Origin: Candidatus Eubacterium faecipullorum
GTDB taxonomy: Bacteria > Bacillota > Clostridia > Oscillospirales > Acutalibacteraceae
Length of the DNA: 64,000 nucleotides
Assembly: GCA_019114085.1 (NCBI GenBank)
Contig: DXGE01000024.1
Coordinates: 4,227 to 68,226, forward strand
Direction: 5' to 3'
In this document: one piece after another, positions 1 to 8,835 of the stretch
Layout: every line of letters starts with the position of its first letter
Numbering within the stretch: position 1 is the first letter of the stretch
Translations under genes and position numbers: made by a program
The notes under the pieces: generated by a model
The model's database searches: none
What the model was told of the DNA's origin: nothing
Seen by the model: only the letters and a program-made list of their open reading frames with translations

Positions 1-2
1 AA

Positions 3-1091
3 AAGGACAAGAAAGATGGCATAAAAGCGGAAGCTCGATATACTACCCTCAATGATATATATGAGCTTTGGAAAGATTTGAAGCGTGGTCTAAAAAACAA
101 CACTTTTGAAAACTACAAATATATGTATGAGACATTTGTCCGCCAACAGATTGGCTCAAAGACCGTTTCTTCTTTGAAAAAATCGGATATTAAGAGGTTT
201 TACAACTACCTTGCAGATGAACGCCATTTGAAACCGGCGACTATTGATAATATCCATACGGTTCTTCATCAGATTTTGGATATGGCGGTTGATGATGATT
301 ATCTCAGAAACAACCCTTCCAATAATGTGCTGAAAGAGTTAAAGCAGTCCCATTGTTTTCAAACTGAGAAACGCAGAGCCTTAACGAGACCGGAACAGGA
401 ACTGCTCCTGAGTTATCTGAAGAATACACCGTCTGCAAGTTTGTGGTATCCTATTTTTGCAGTGTTGATTGGAACAGGGCTTCGTGTTGGAGAAGCGACG
501 GGTCTAAGATGGTGCGACATTGATTTGGAAGAAGGTATCATTGATGTGAACCACACGCTGGTTTACTATGACCACCGTACCGAGGGAAGTAAGCGTGGTT
601 GCTATTTTAACATCAATACTACGAAAACTCCGGCTGGCAAACGCCAAGTTCCGATGTTGGATTTCGTCAAAGAAGCATTCCTTATGGAAAAGGAAAGACA
701 GGAGTTGCTTGATATTCATTGCGAAGCTGTTGTGGACGGATATACTGATTTTATCTTTCTTAACCGTTTTGGACAGCCGCAACATCAAGCAACCCTTAAC
801 AAAGCAATACGTCGTATTATCCGTGACTGCAATGATGAACAGCTCCTGAAAGATGAAAATGCAAAGATTTTGCTACCGCATTTTAGCTGCCATTCATTAA
901 GGCATACATTCACGACAAGAATGTGTGAGGCAGGGGTTAATGTCAAAGTCATTCAGGATACGCTTGGTCACAAAGATATTTCTACTACCCTTAACATTTA
1001 TACCGATGTAACGAAGGAGTTAAGGAGGTCTGAATTTGAAGGTCTTGACTCGTACTTCAAAAATGAGTATAATAAAGCGGCAAACATTTGA
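3..1091 (+). CDS. tyrosine-type site-specific integrase, 5' end cut by window edge
   Basis: The frame is open from nt 3, with no stop before the listed TTG at 78. It carries the catalytic signatures of the phage-integrase family: GLRVGEATGLRW (Arg box), HSLRHTF (HxxR) and LGHKDISTTLNIYTD (His/Tyr). Confidence 0.9.
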   Translation, partial: KDKKDGIKAEARYTTLNDIYELWKDLKRGLKNNTFENYKYMYETFVRQQIGSKTVSSLKKSDIKRFYNYLADERHLKPATIDNIHTVLHQILDMAVDDDYLRNNPSNNVLKELKQSHCFQTEKRRALTRPEQELLLSYLKNTPSASLWYPIFAVLIGTGLRVGEATGLRWCDIDLEEGIIDVNHTLVYYDHRTEGSKRGCYFNINTTKTPAGKRQVPMLDFVKEAFLMEKERQELLDIHCEAVVDGYTDFIFLNRFGQPQHQATLNKAIRRIIRDCNDEQLLKDENAKILLPHFSCHSLRHTFTTRMCEAGVNVKVIQDTLGHKDISTTLNIYTDVTKELRRSEFEGLDSYFKNEYNKAANI

Positions 1092-1347
1092 CGTAGTTTT
1101 ATTGTTGGCGACGAAAAGATACTTACACCATTTACACCAAATACAACATCAAATAGCACGTATAGGGCAGTAAAGAAAGGGTGTATCAAACACAATAGGG
1201 CAGCAAATCATTTGGGGTAGTACAATGAATACCACTTTAGTAACCCAATAACCGAGATGTCTTTTCCGTCCCCACAATGAAACCGCTGGATAAATAAATA
1301 CAATTTCAGTTGGAGAACGTTTTTTCGGTTTGTAAGGGAGTATAGAT

Positions 1348-1701
1348 ATGAAAAACACATTTACTTTATATAACAAAAGACCGATCATGATTTCAATAGC
1401 GGCTTTCGTTTTATCCATGTGTCTTTTCTTTGTCTTTTTCAGCCTTGCATCCGGCTTGCCGGATACGGTTCCCACGCATTTTACAAATGGTGTCGGCATA
1501 GACGGTTGGGGTGCTAAATCAGAACTTTATCCGATTCCGATAATACCTGCCGTGTTTGGTGTGATCACAATCCCGCTTGCGGTGGTATGTACAAAAAAAG
1601 GCGTTCCCGGTTTGTCTTACTTTGCCAGTGGTATTTCGATTTTTGTTACTGCGCTTATGGCACTCATTGCTGCAATGTTTTTAAAAGCAGCCGGTGTATA
1701 A
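1348..1701 (+). CDS. small membrane protein, DUF1648-like
   Basis: An AAGGGAG RBS lies upstream of the ATG. The product has several hydrophobic helices, and the LPDTVPTHFTNGVGIDGWG motif resembles DUF1648/SdpI N-terminal regions. Confidence 0.6.
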   Translation: MKNTFTLYNKRPIMISIAAFVLSMCLFFVFFSLASGLPDTVPTHFTNGVGIDGWGAKSELYPIPIIPAVFGVITIPLAVVCTKKGVPGLSYFASGISIFVTALMALIAAMFLKAAGV

Positions 1702-1761
1702 ATCATAATTTTAAAGTAATCTAATTCCGCTGATTTGCGGTTAACAGGAGATGTGATTTTT

Positions 1762-3423
1762 ATGAGATCAGATTTAATCAAAGAAGGCCCGGGCAGGGCT
1801 TCCCACCGCTCTCTCCTTCGAGCTCTCGGCATTGATGAGCTTGAAATGAAAAGGCCGTTCGTAGCTGTTGTCAATTCAAAGAGCGACTATATTCCCGGCC
1901 ATATGCATCTTGATAAGATAGCGGAGCAGGTAAAAGCCGGTATCAGAAATGCCGACGGAGTTCCGTTTGAGTTTAACACTATCGGCGTGTGCGACGGTAT
2001 TGCCATGAACCACAAGGGCATGAAATACAGCCTTTGCTCGCGTGAGCTGATCGCAGATTCCATAGAGGTCATGCTCACCGCGCATCCGCTTGACGCCGTT
2101 GTTTTCATTCCGAACTGCGATAAGATCGTTCCCGGTATGCTGCTTGCGGCGTGCCGTCTGAACCTGCCGTGCATCTTTATCTCGGGCGGCCCCATGCTCC
2201 CCGGCAAAAGCACGGAAACGGATACCGGCATCGGCCTTTCGGAAATGTTTGAATATTCCGGCAAATATTTTGCCGGCAATATGAGCCTTGAAAATCTGGA
2301 GAGCTGCGCTTATACGGCCTGCCCCACCTGCGGTTCGTGCAGCGGTATGTATACCGCCAATTCCATGAACTGCCTTACGGAAACGATCGGTATGTCGCTC
2401 CCCGGCTCCGGCACGATCCCTGCTGTTATGAGCGCGCGTCTGCGCCTTGCCAAGGAAGCGGGCGAAAGGGTCATGGATCTGCTTAAAGAAGATATCAAGC
2501 CCAGCGATATTATTACGGAAAAAGCGATCGAAAACGCGATCCGCACAGATATGGCAATCGGCTGTTCCACAAATACCATCCTGCACCTGACTGCCATTGC
2601 GCACGCCGCAGGCCATGATATCAATCTGAAAGAGCTTGATGAATACGGAAGAAAGACCCCGCAGATCTGCAAGCTCAACCCCGCGTCTTCGGTATTTATT
2701 ACCGATCTGAACGAGGTGGGCGGCATGCAGGCTGTTATGAAGGAGCTTGCCAAGGGCGGTCTGATCAATACGGACGCGCTTACCGTAAGCGGCACCGTTG
2801 CGGACAGGATCGAAAAAGCGCCCGATGCAGACGGCAAGATCATCCGCACGCTGGACGATCCATTTTCTGCGGACGGCGGTATTGCCGTTCTTTGGGGCAA
2901 CCTTGCAGAGGAAGGCTCTGTAGTCAAGAAAGGCGCAGTCCTGCCCGAGATGATGCAGCACAAAGGCCCCGCAAAATGCTTTGACAGCGAGGAAGAGGCA
3001 ATCGAGGCGATCAACGGCGGCAAGATCACAGCCGGCGATGTAGTCGTTATCAGATACGAAGGTCCCAAAGGCGGCCCGGGCATGCGCGAGATGCTTTCGC
3101 CCACGTCGGCAATTATCGGAATGGGCCTCGGCAGCTCCGTGGCGCTTCTCACGGACGGCCGTTTCAGCGGCGCAACAAGGGGCGCGGCAATCGGTCACGT
3201 CAGCCCCGAAGCGGCAGCAGGCGGCAATATAGCGCTTGTTCAGGACGGCGATGAGATAGAGATCAACATCCCGGAAAGGGTGCTCAAAGTCAATGTTTCC
3301 GATGAAGAGCTTGTCAAAAGAAGAGCAAGCTGGCATCCGCCTGTTCAGGAGCTTACAGGTTATATCAAGAGATATGCCCGGCACGTAACAAGCGGTGCAA
3401 AGGGCGCTGTTTTTGACGATTGA
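1762..3423 (+). CDS. ilvD: dihydroxy-acid dehydratase
   Basis: The full-length product starts [23 protein letters not shown] and contains CDKIVPGML and TDGRFSG motifs. The ATG at 1762 follows an AGGAG at 1746-1750. The ORF-track start at 1735 is probably too far upstream. Confidence 0.95.
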   Translation: MRSDLIKEGPGRASHRSLLRALGIDELEMKRPFVAVVNSKSDYIPGHMHLDKIAEQVKAGIRNADGVPFEFNTIGVCDGIAMNHKGMKYSLCSRELIADSIEVMLTAHPLDAVVFIPNCDKIVPGMLLAACRLNLPCIFISGGPMLPGKSTETDTGIGLSEMFEYSGKYFAGNMSLENLESCAYTACPTCGSCSGMYTANSMNCLTETIGMSLPGSGTIPAVMSARLRLAKEAGERVMDLLKEDIKPSDIITEKAIENAIRTDMAIGCSTNTILHLTAIAHAAGHDINLKELDEYGRKTPQICKLNPASSVFITDLNEVGGMQAVMKELAKGGLINTDALTVSGTVADRIEKAPDADGKIIRTLDDPFSADGGIAVLWGNLAEEGSVVKKGAVLPEMMQHKGPAKCFDSEEEAIEAINGGKITAGDVVVIRYEGPKGGPGMREMLSPTSAIIGMGLGSSVALLTDGRFSGATRGAAIGHVSPEAAAGGNIALVQDGDEIEINIPERVLKVNVSDEELVKRRASWHPPVQELTGYIKRYARHVTSGAKGAVFDD

Positions 3424-3482
3424 CAGCTTGGCGGCAGACGCCGCCGGCCGGTTCGATCAATCAGAAAAAGGTAGGTGCAGCC

Positions 3483-4343
3483 ATGCGTGACGATATTGCA
3501 ATATCCGTTCAGAATGTGACCATGTCTTTCAACCTTAATAAGGAAAAGGTTGATAATTTAAAGGAATACGTAATCAAATTCCTTTCACATAAGCTGGAAT
3601 ACAAGCGCTTTCACGCGCTTCAGAATATCAGCTTTGATGTAAAAAAAGGCGAGCGCCTTGCGATTCTCGGCTTCAACGGCGCGGGCAAGAGTACATTGCT
3701 CAAAACAATCGTAGGCGTTTACAAGCCAACTTCCGGCAAGATTGAAAAGCAGGGCGTTATCGCGCCCCTGCTGGAGCTCGGCGCCGGGTTTGACCCCAAT
3801 TATTCCGGCAAGGAGAATATTTTCCTTTACGGCGCGATCCTCGGCTATTCCAGGGAGTATATCCAGTCCAAGTATGATGAGATCGTCGAGTTTTCCGAAC
3901 TGGGGCATTTTATCGATGTGCCGCTTAAGAACTATTCTTCCGGTATGCGCGCCCGCCTCGGTTTTTCCATAGCAACGGCCGTTGAGCCGGATGTGCTTAT
4001 CTTGGACGAGGTGCTTTCGGTCGGTGACGCCAAATTCCGCACGAAGAGCCTTAAAAAAGTACAGTCCATGTTTGATAAGGGCGTAACCGTGCTTTTTGTT
4101 TCGCACAGCATAGAGCAGGTAAAGGCGATATGCGATACCGCCATCTTGCTGGATCACGGCAAGATCATCGCGCAGGGTGATGTTGACGAAGTGTCCGATA
4201 TTTACGATCAGATGACCCGCGGTAATAAAGACAGCAAAGCGAAGGCTATGAAAGAGGAAAAGGAGATTCTTTCAAAATCTTCTGTCAAAAAAGCCGATTC
4301 CGAAGGCGGTAAATCTGCCGAAACGGATTCGTTAAAGTCATAG
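3483..4343 (+). CDS. ABC transporter ATP-binding protein, TagH/polysaccharide-export type
   Basis: It has Walker A GFNGAGKST, the signature YSSGMRARLGFS and Walker B LILDE. The N-terminus resembles teichoic-acid/O-antigen export ATPases. Start chosen at MRDDIAISVQN. Confidence 0.85.
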   Translation: MRDDIAISVQNVTMSFNLNKEKVDNLKEYVIKFLSHKLEYKRFHALQNISFDVKKGERLAILGFNGAGKSTLLKTIVGVYKPTSGKIEKQGVIAPLLELGAGFDPNYSGKENIFLYGAILGYSREYIQSKYDEIVEFSELGHFIDVPLKNYSSGMRARLGFSIATAVEPDVLILDEVLSVGDAKFRTKSLKKVQSMFDKGVTVLFVSHSIEQVKAICDTAILLDHGKIIAQGDVDEVSDIYDQMTRGNKDSKAKAMKEEKEILSKSSVKKADSEGGKSAETDSLKS

Positions 4344-4365
4344 AACTACAGAGTATCAAAATATC

Positions 4366-4398
4366 AAACGGGCTTGTTCATTCGAACAAGCCCGTTTT
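4366..4398. terminator. bidirectional intrinsic terminator between convergent genes
   Basis: A 14-bp perfect stem AAACGGGCTTGTTC/GAACAAGCCCGTTT with loop ATTC is flanked by an A-run and a T-run. Confidence 0.8.
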
Positions 4399-4420
4399 GC
4401 TGTAATTATCTTTGTTTTAC

Positions 4421-5164
4421 TTATCCCTCGTATTCGTCCTCATTTTCCCAGTTGTGCCAGATCGCCTGTACGTCGTCATCCTCTTCAAACATCTCGATCA
4501 TTCGGCTCATCTTCACCATATCATTCTCGCTCTCCAGGCGAGTGTAGGTAGAAGGAACGTATGCGGCTTCGCTTGAAACGATCGTGTAGCCCTTTGCTTC
4601 TAGATCGTCCCTTATTGCCCCAACATCGTTCGGCTCGGTGCGTATCTCAAAAACATCGGCGTCGTCCGTAATGAAATCCGTAGCTCCCGCGTCAAGCGCG
4701 TCCAGCATAAGCGCGTCCTCGTCCACGTCCTCTTTTTCGATCAGGATAACGCCCTGCCTGCTGAACATAAACATAACGGAGCCGGAAGTGCCCATATTGC
4801 CGCCGGCCTTGTCAAAGCAGTGCCTTACCTCCGCCGCAGTGCGGTTCCTGTTGTCCGTAAGTGCTTCCACAACAACCGCAACGCCGCTCGGGCCGTAACC
4901 CTCGTAAATGATCTCCTCATAATCGGCGCCGCCGTTGTCGCCGGATGCTTTCTTAAGCATTCTCTCAATATTGTCATTCGGCACGTTATTCTGCTTTGCC
5001 TTGGCGATTACATCTTTCAGTTTAGTATTCACGTTGGGATCAGGTCCGCCGTTTTTTACCGCAACCGCAAGCTCACGGCCTATTTTTGTGAATATCTTTG
5101 CCCTTGCCGCGTCGTTTGCGCCTTTTTTCCTCTTGATCGTGCTCCATTTTGAATGGCCGCTCAT
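4421..5164 (-). CDS. yebC: YebC/PmpR family DNA-binding transcriptional regulator
   Basis: It has the N-terminus MSGHSKWSTIKRKKGANDAARAKIFTKIGRE typical of the family and is full length at 247 aa. Confidence 0.95.
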   Translation of the reverse strand: MSGHSKWSTIKRKKGANDAARAKIFTKIGRELAVAVKNGGPDPNVNTKLKDVIAKAKQNNVPNDNIERMLKKASGDNGGADYEEIIYEGYGPSGVAVVVEALTDNRNRTAAEVRHCFDKAGGNMGTSGSVMFMFSRQGVILIEKEDVDEDALMLDALDAGATDFITDDADVFEIRTEPNDVGAIRDDLEAKGYTIVSSEAAYVPSTYTRLESENDMVKMSRMIEMFEEDDDVQAIWHNWENEDEYEG

Positions 5165-5237
5165 TTTATCAACTCCAAACTTCGTATTCTTTAAAAACCT
5201 GAATCATTTTACCACATTATATGGCTTGTTTCAAGGT

Positions 5238-6605
5238 CTATTTAAAATACTGCACTGCGTTTGCAAAGATGGATTCGTTTGCAAAGCGCGCTCCTATGCC
5301 GCTGCCCTTTTTTGTTTCCATTTTCAGCCCGGCAGGCGCGTATCCCTGCGGTATTTCTGCCTTAAAGGTGATCGTCTTGCCGCTCAAAAGTGCGTTCTTG
5401 TTATAGTTTTTAAAGGGTACCTCAATCTCTTTGCCGCTTTTGTCCCTGAATACCGCCGCAAAATAATCAAATGTCAGCGGCGGAGCAAAGCCGTAGTTTG
5501 TAAGCCCGAAAAACAGTTCGTTTCCCGTTGTATAAAGGTCTTTAACGGCAAGCTGGTAGCCAAGGTGGTATCTCAGAATATCAAATACGCTCAGCTTGAT
5601 TTCGCCGCCGTTTGCGTCTTTGAAAAGCGCGGGGTTGGCGCTTATTTTGTGCTTTACACAATCCGCGTAGCTCAGGTATACGCTTTTCCATTTTTCCATG
5701 CTGTATTGTTTTCCGTCGTCCTCCCGGTAATTGTGCTCCAGAGAAAAGGTGGTCAAAAAATACGCCTGCACCTGCTTGAGCACTGCAATGCCGTCAAAAT
5801 CATCGCAGTGCCCCTTGCTCTTTTTATCGTCCAAATAGGCTCTGCCCCACGGCATCTCGCCGTCGTTTACGGTAAATCGGGCGTGGTTGAGCACTTTGGT
5901 ATAGCGCTTTTTCTGCGTGCTTTTTACAAACGCCCACTTATGCGCCGTGTTTCCGGTAATATAATCGTCATGGATTCCCACCTGTGCAGCGTATTCGGCG
6001 GGTATTTTCCTGAGCATGGAATATGTCCTTACCTGGCTGTAGATCCCGGCGGGTGCCAGGCGGCAAACATCGCCGATAACGTCCTTTACGTGCCTGCGCT
6101 TGAACTTTTTATAAGAATGCCCCTCGCCCCAGAACCCTATGATGCCCGTCTGCATGCAAAAAAGCACTTTTTCAATCAGGCGTTCGTTTTCGGCAAACCA
6201 TTTTTTCAACTGCGTCAGGTGCACCTGCGCCGTTTCATACGGCACGTCGGGCTGGGATTCGGTTGCATACGCAAACCGTAAAAGCAGTCTTATGCCGTGC
6301 TTTTCAAACAGCTTAAAAAATTTCTCAAGCTGCGCAAACGCAAGTCCGTCAAGCTGTTTTGAAGCGTAATCGCAAAGGTAAACATATGCCTGAAAAACAG
6401 TGGGGGAGTCGGCCGCGTATTTTTCGATCAGTCTTTCGGCGCGCGTATAAGGCTCCTCATTATCACCGGGGTACGCGCGCAGGTTTTCCCCTAAGGTGAT
6501 ATACGTTTCCCCACGCAGCCCCCTGTTCGGGTTTTTCAGCAGAAAGCCGGCGCTGTCAAAGCAGACTTCCGGCATATCGATATCGTATGTAACAGCGTTA
6601 CTCAT
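5238..6605 (-). CDS. putative glycoside-hydrolase-like protein (DUF4874/DUF4832-like)
   Basis: A 455-aa ORF with an AGAGGAGAA RBS. The NPNRGLRGE motif near the N-terminus and the overall length resemble DUF4874+DUF4832 proteins. The assignment is from memory of the family, not a search. Confidence 0.55.
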   Translation of the reverse strand: MSNAVTYDIDMPEVCFDSAGFLLKNPNRGLRGETYITLGENLRAYPGDNEEPYTRAERLIEKYAADSPTVFQAYVYLCDYASKQLDGLAFAQLEKFFKLFEKHGIRLLLRFAYATESQPDVPYETAQVHLTQLKKWFAENERLIEKVLFCMQTGIIGFWGEGHSYKKFKRRHVKDVIGDVCRLAPAGIYSQVRTYSMLRKIPAEYAAQVGIHDDYITGNTAHKWAFVKSTQKKRYTKVLNHARFTVNDGEMPWGRAYLDDKKSKGHCDDFDGIAVLKQVQAYFLTTFSLEHNYREDDGKQYSMEKWKSVYLSYADCVKHKISANPALFKDANGGEIKLSVFDILRYHLGYQLAVKDLYTTGNELFFGLTNYGFAPPLTFDYFAAVFRDKSGKEIEVPFKNYNKNALLSGKTITFKAEIPQGYAPAGLKMETKKGSGIGARFANESIFANAVQYFK

Positions 6606-6694
6606 AGCGTTCTCCTCTAAGCTTTATATGTTATAAGTTTACCACATTCCGCCCCGCCGCACAAGAAGCAAAAATCCGTGTAAGCCGCAATATA

Positions 6695-6860
6695 GGCTCC
6701 CCCATTTCGGGGTCCCCAAAAAGCCCAAGGCTTTTTGGGGAAAGGAGAATTTGACGAAGCAGTTTAGAAACGGCGGTTGCAAGGATTTAAAATAGCTGTT
6801 TCGCCCATGCGAAGTCAAATTGGACGCGGGGAGCTGTCGGCAAAGCTGACTGAGGGTTAT
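6695..6860 (+). repeat. structured intergenic repeat element, family 1, copy 1
   Basis: It aligns end to end with 59565-59731 in the same orientation and shares nested helices with that copy. See findings. Confidence 0.8.
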
Positions 6861-6931
6861 AAAAAACATATAAGAAGTTTCATAAGCATCCGCAAAAACT
6901 CGCCCGCAAGTTCAAGTCTTGTTAGGATAAT

Positions 6932-6969
6932 GAAAAATGACCAAGTATCTGTTGATACTTGGTCATTTT
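6932..6969 (-). terminator. intrinsic terminator downstream of tRNA-Pro
   Basis: A 13-bp stem ATGACCAAGTATC/GATACTTGGTCAT with loop TGTT has T-runs on both strands and lies immediately 3' of the tRNA on the minus strand. Confidence 0.8.
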
Positions 6970-7045
6970 TGGTCGGAGTGACAAGACTTGAACTTGCGGC
7001 CCCCAGACCCCCAGTCTGGTGCGCTACCACCTGCGCTACACCCCG
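6970..7045 (-). tRNA. tRNA-Pro, anticodon GGG
   Basis: The reverse complement CGGGGTGTAGCGCAGGTGGTAGCGCACCAGACTGGGGGTCTGGGGGCCGCAAGTTCAAGTCTTGTCACTCCGACCA folds as a 76-nt cloverleaf. It has a 7-bp acceptor, GCGC D-stem, CCAGA/TCTGG anticodon stem with loop CTGGGGG, a TTCAAGT T-loop and an encoded CCA. Confidence 0.95.
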
Positions 7046-7156
7046 TTCTTAATGCTTTAATAATATAACATAAGTTTAAAAATAAATCAATAAAAATATT
7101 TAAAAAATTGAAAAAATATGTTATATTCATATCAAATTATAATTATTGGTGATTAC

Positions 7157-8701
7157 ATGAGTGAATATAAGCGTACTTTGGCGGATAAGCTCCGGCTGCT
7201 TTTTCATAAGGACGAGCGCGTGACGCAGGGCGGGGTTTACAGCGTGGTCAGAGAATTTGATTTTTCTTCTTACTGCCCGGTCGATTCTTATATAAGGCCG
7301 GCAGTGCCCCCAGATCATAATGTATATGATATAAGGGATTTCGGCGCTGTTGCAGGCGCGGAGACTTTTGACTGCGCCCCCGCGATAAACGCCGCTATAG
7401 ATGCTGCCGAAAAAAGCGGCGGCACCGTTTTGGTTAAAGGCGGGGATTTTACGTCAAGCGCTGTGTATCTTAAGAGCGGCATAACGCTTTTTATTGAAAA
7501 GAACGCAAGCGTCAGCGCCTTTAAAAACGGCAAGGGTTACCCGCAAAGGTCGCTGGTTTACGGTGAAGATCTGAACAATATCACGATCACGGGCGGCGGT
7601 ACGCTGAACGGCAACGGCAATTATTTCGGCAGGGAACCGATCTTCGCGCAGAATATGACCGCACCGCGCGAATATGTTGATGTTGTTCAGATGCGCTCCG
7701 ATTACAGAAAGCAGCTGCGTTTCGCGCATGAAAGCAAGTACGGCAGCGTGATCGTGCTTAAAAACTGCACGAACGTTAAGGCGGATAATTTTATGATAGA
7801 AAACAGCGCGTACTGGACTTTCCGTCTTGATAAATGCAGCGGTGCGGAGATACGGGATCTTGTTATAAATAATAACAGAAACGTTGCCAATGCTGACGGC
7901 ATCGATATGGTGGGCACAAGCGATGTGGTGATCGACCATTGCTTTATCTCAACGGCGGACGACGGTATCGTTATCAAAAACGCCGTGTGGGAGGGGTGTG
8001 ACGCGCCCATGCGCGATATCCATATCAAAAACTGCGAGATCATCTCACGCACCAATTCCATTAAGGTGGGAACGGAAACGACCCACGATATAAGCAATAT
8101 AAAAATCGAAAACTGCCGCCTTTTCATGACGGATCTGTATCCCGGCACGGTCAGCGCGATCGCGCTTGAAGCCGTAGACGGCGCAAAACTGTATGATGTA
8201 CATATCCAAAATATAGAGTGTGAACGCTGTTCCTGCCCGCTGTTTATCCGGCTCGGCAACAGAAACAGAGCTGCTAAGGTGAACGCGCAAAGCGCCCGCG
8301 CCATTGAATTCGGCAAGAGCGCGCAAAAGGGCGGCTCGGCAGACAAACGCGCGTTTGATTTTAAGAGCGAGATATTTGATATCTCCGTGGAAGACCTGAA
8401 AGCGCGGGAGGCGGAGATCCCTGTAATGATCTGCGGCTTCAGGCAGCGGGGCAGAACAAAACGAGTGAGAAATGTTTTGCTGAAAAATATCGATATCGAA
8501 ATGACGAAAAGGCCGTTCATTTCAGATAAACGCCTGTTCATTCCGGAATACGCCGCCGAATACCCGGAGGCAAACCGGTTCCGCAATCTGCCGTCCTACG
8601 CGCTGTTTATACGCCATGCCCGGAATGTAAAAACAGAAAATTTTAAATGCATTCCCGCTGTTAAGGGCAGAAAAATGACCTATATCAAAGATCTGAAATG
8701 A
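7157..8701 (+). CDS. glycoside hydrolase family 28 (polygalacturonase-like, pectin-lyase fold)
   Basis: It has YDIRDFGA..., NADGID and ADDGIVIKN motifs typical of GH28 parallel beta-helix enzymes. Start chosen at MSEYKRTL (ATG 7157). Confidence 0.85.
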   Translation: MSEYKRTLADKLRLLFHKDERVTQGGVYSVVREFDFSSYCPVDSYIRPAVPPDHNVYDIRDFGAVAGAETFDCAPAINAAIDAAEKSGGTVLVKGGDFTSSAVYLKSGITLFIEKNASVSAFKNGKGYPQRSLVYGEDLNNITITGGGTLNGNGNYFGREPIFAQNMTAPREYVDVVQMRSDYRKQLRFAHESKYGSVIVLKNCTNVKADNFMIENSAYWTFRLDKCSGAEIRDLVINNNRNVANADGIDMVGTSDVVIDHCFISTADDGIVIKNAVWEGCDAPMRDIHIKNCEIISRTNSIKVGTETTHDISNIKIENCRLFMTDLYPGTVSAIALEAVDGAKLYDVHIQNIECERCSCPLFIRLGNRNRAAKVNAQSARAIEFGKSAQKGGSADKRAFDFKSEIFDISVEDLKAREAEIPVMICGFRQRGRTKRVRNVLLKNIDIEMTKRPFISDKRLFIPEYAAEYPEANRFRNLPSYALFIRHARNVKTENFKCIPAVKGRKMTYIKDLK

Positions 8702-8835
8702 TCCGCCGCTGCCATAGCTTTCAGCAATGGCAGTCTATTCATTTTAAGTATTTGAATTTCCGTTTGTTACATTATAAAATAGAGTTAGCAAAACGCAGCT
8801 CGGCAAATATGCCGGTTCTGAACGGAGAAAATGAT

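Noticed and set aside
1876-3384. A 502-aa ORF on the minus strand opposite ilvD, with nested ORFs at 1887-2279 and 2310-3152.
   Set aside because: It lies entirely antisense to a full-length, clearly recognisable ilvD. Its composition is Arg/Ala/Gly-rich, typical of shadow frames in GC-rich coding DNA, and it has no RBS.
4935-6281. A 448-aa plus-strand ORF spanning the yebC start and the DUF4874-like gene.
   Set aside because: It is antisense to two well-supported minus-strand genes and crosses their intergenic region. The translation is Phe/Leu/Arg-rich and not protein-like.
1-7045. The integrase at the left edge and tRNA-Pro at 6970-7045 as the two ends of one genomic island.
   Set aside because: The intervening genes (ilvD, yebC) are core housekeeping genes with genome-typical GC, and the tRNA is 5.9 kb from the integrase. 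The AT-rich segment ends near 1.7 kb.
6777-7052. A 91-aa plus-strand ORF (MQGFKIAVSPMRSQIGRGELSAKLTEG...), and the similar ORF at 59736-60029.
   Set aside because: The first runs through repeat family 1 and then straight across the minus-strand tRNA-Pro gene. The second is built only from repeat hairpins. Neither has an RBS. The apparent GELSxxLTEG conservation is explained by the conserved hairpin flanks.
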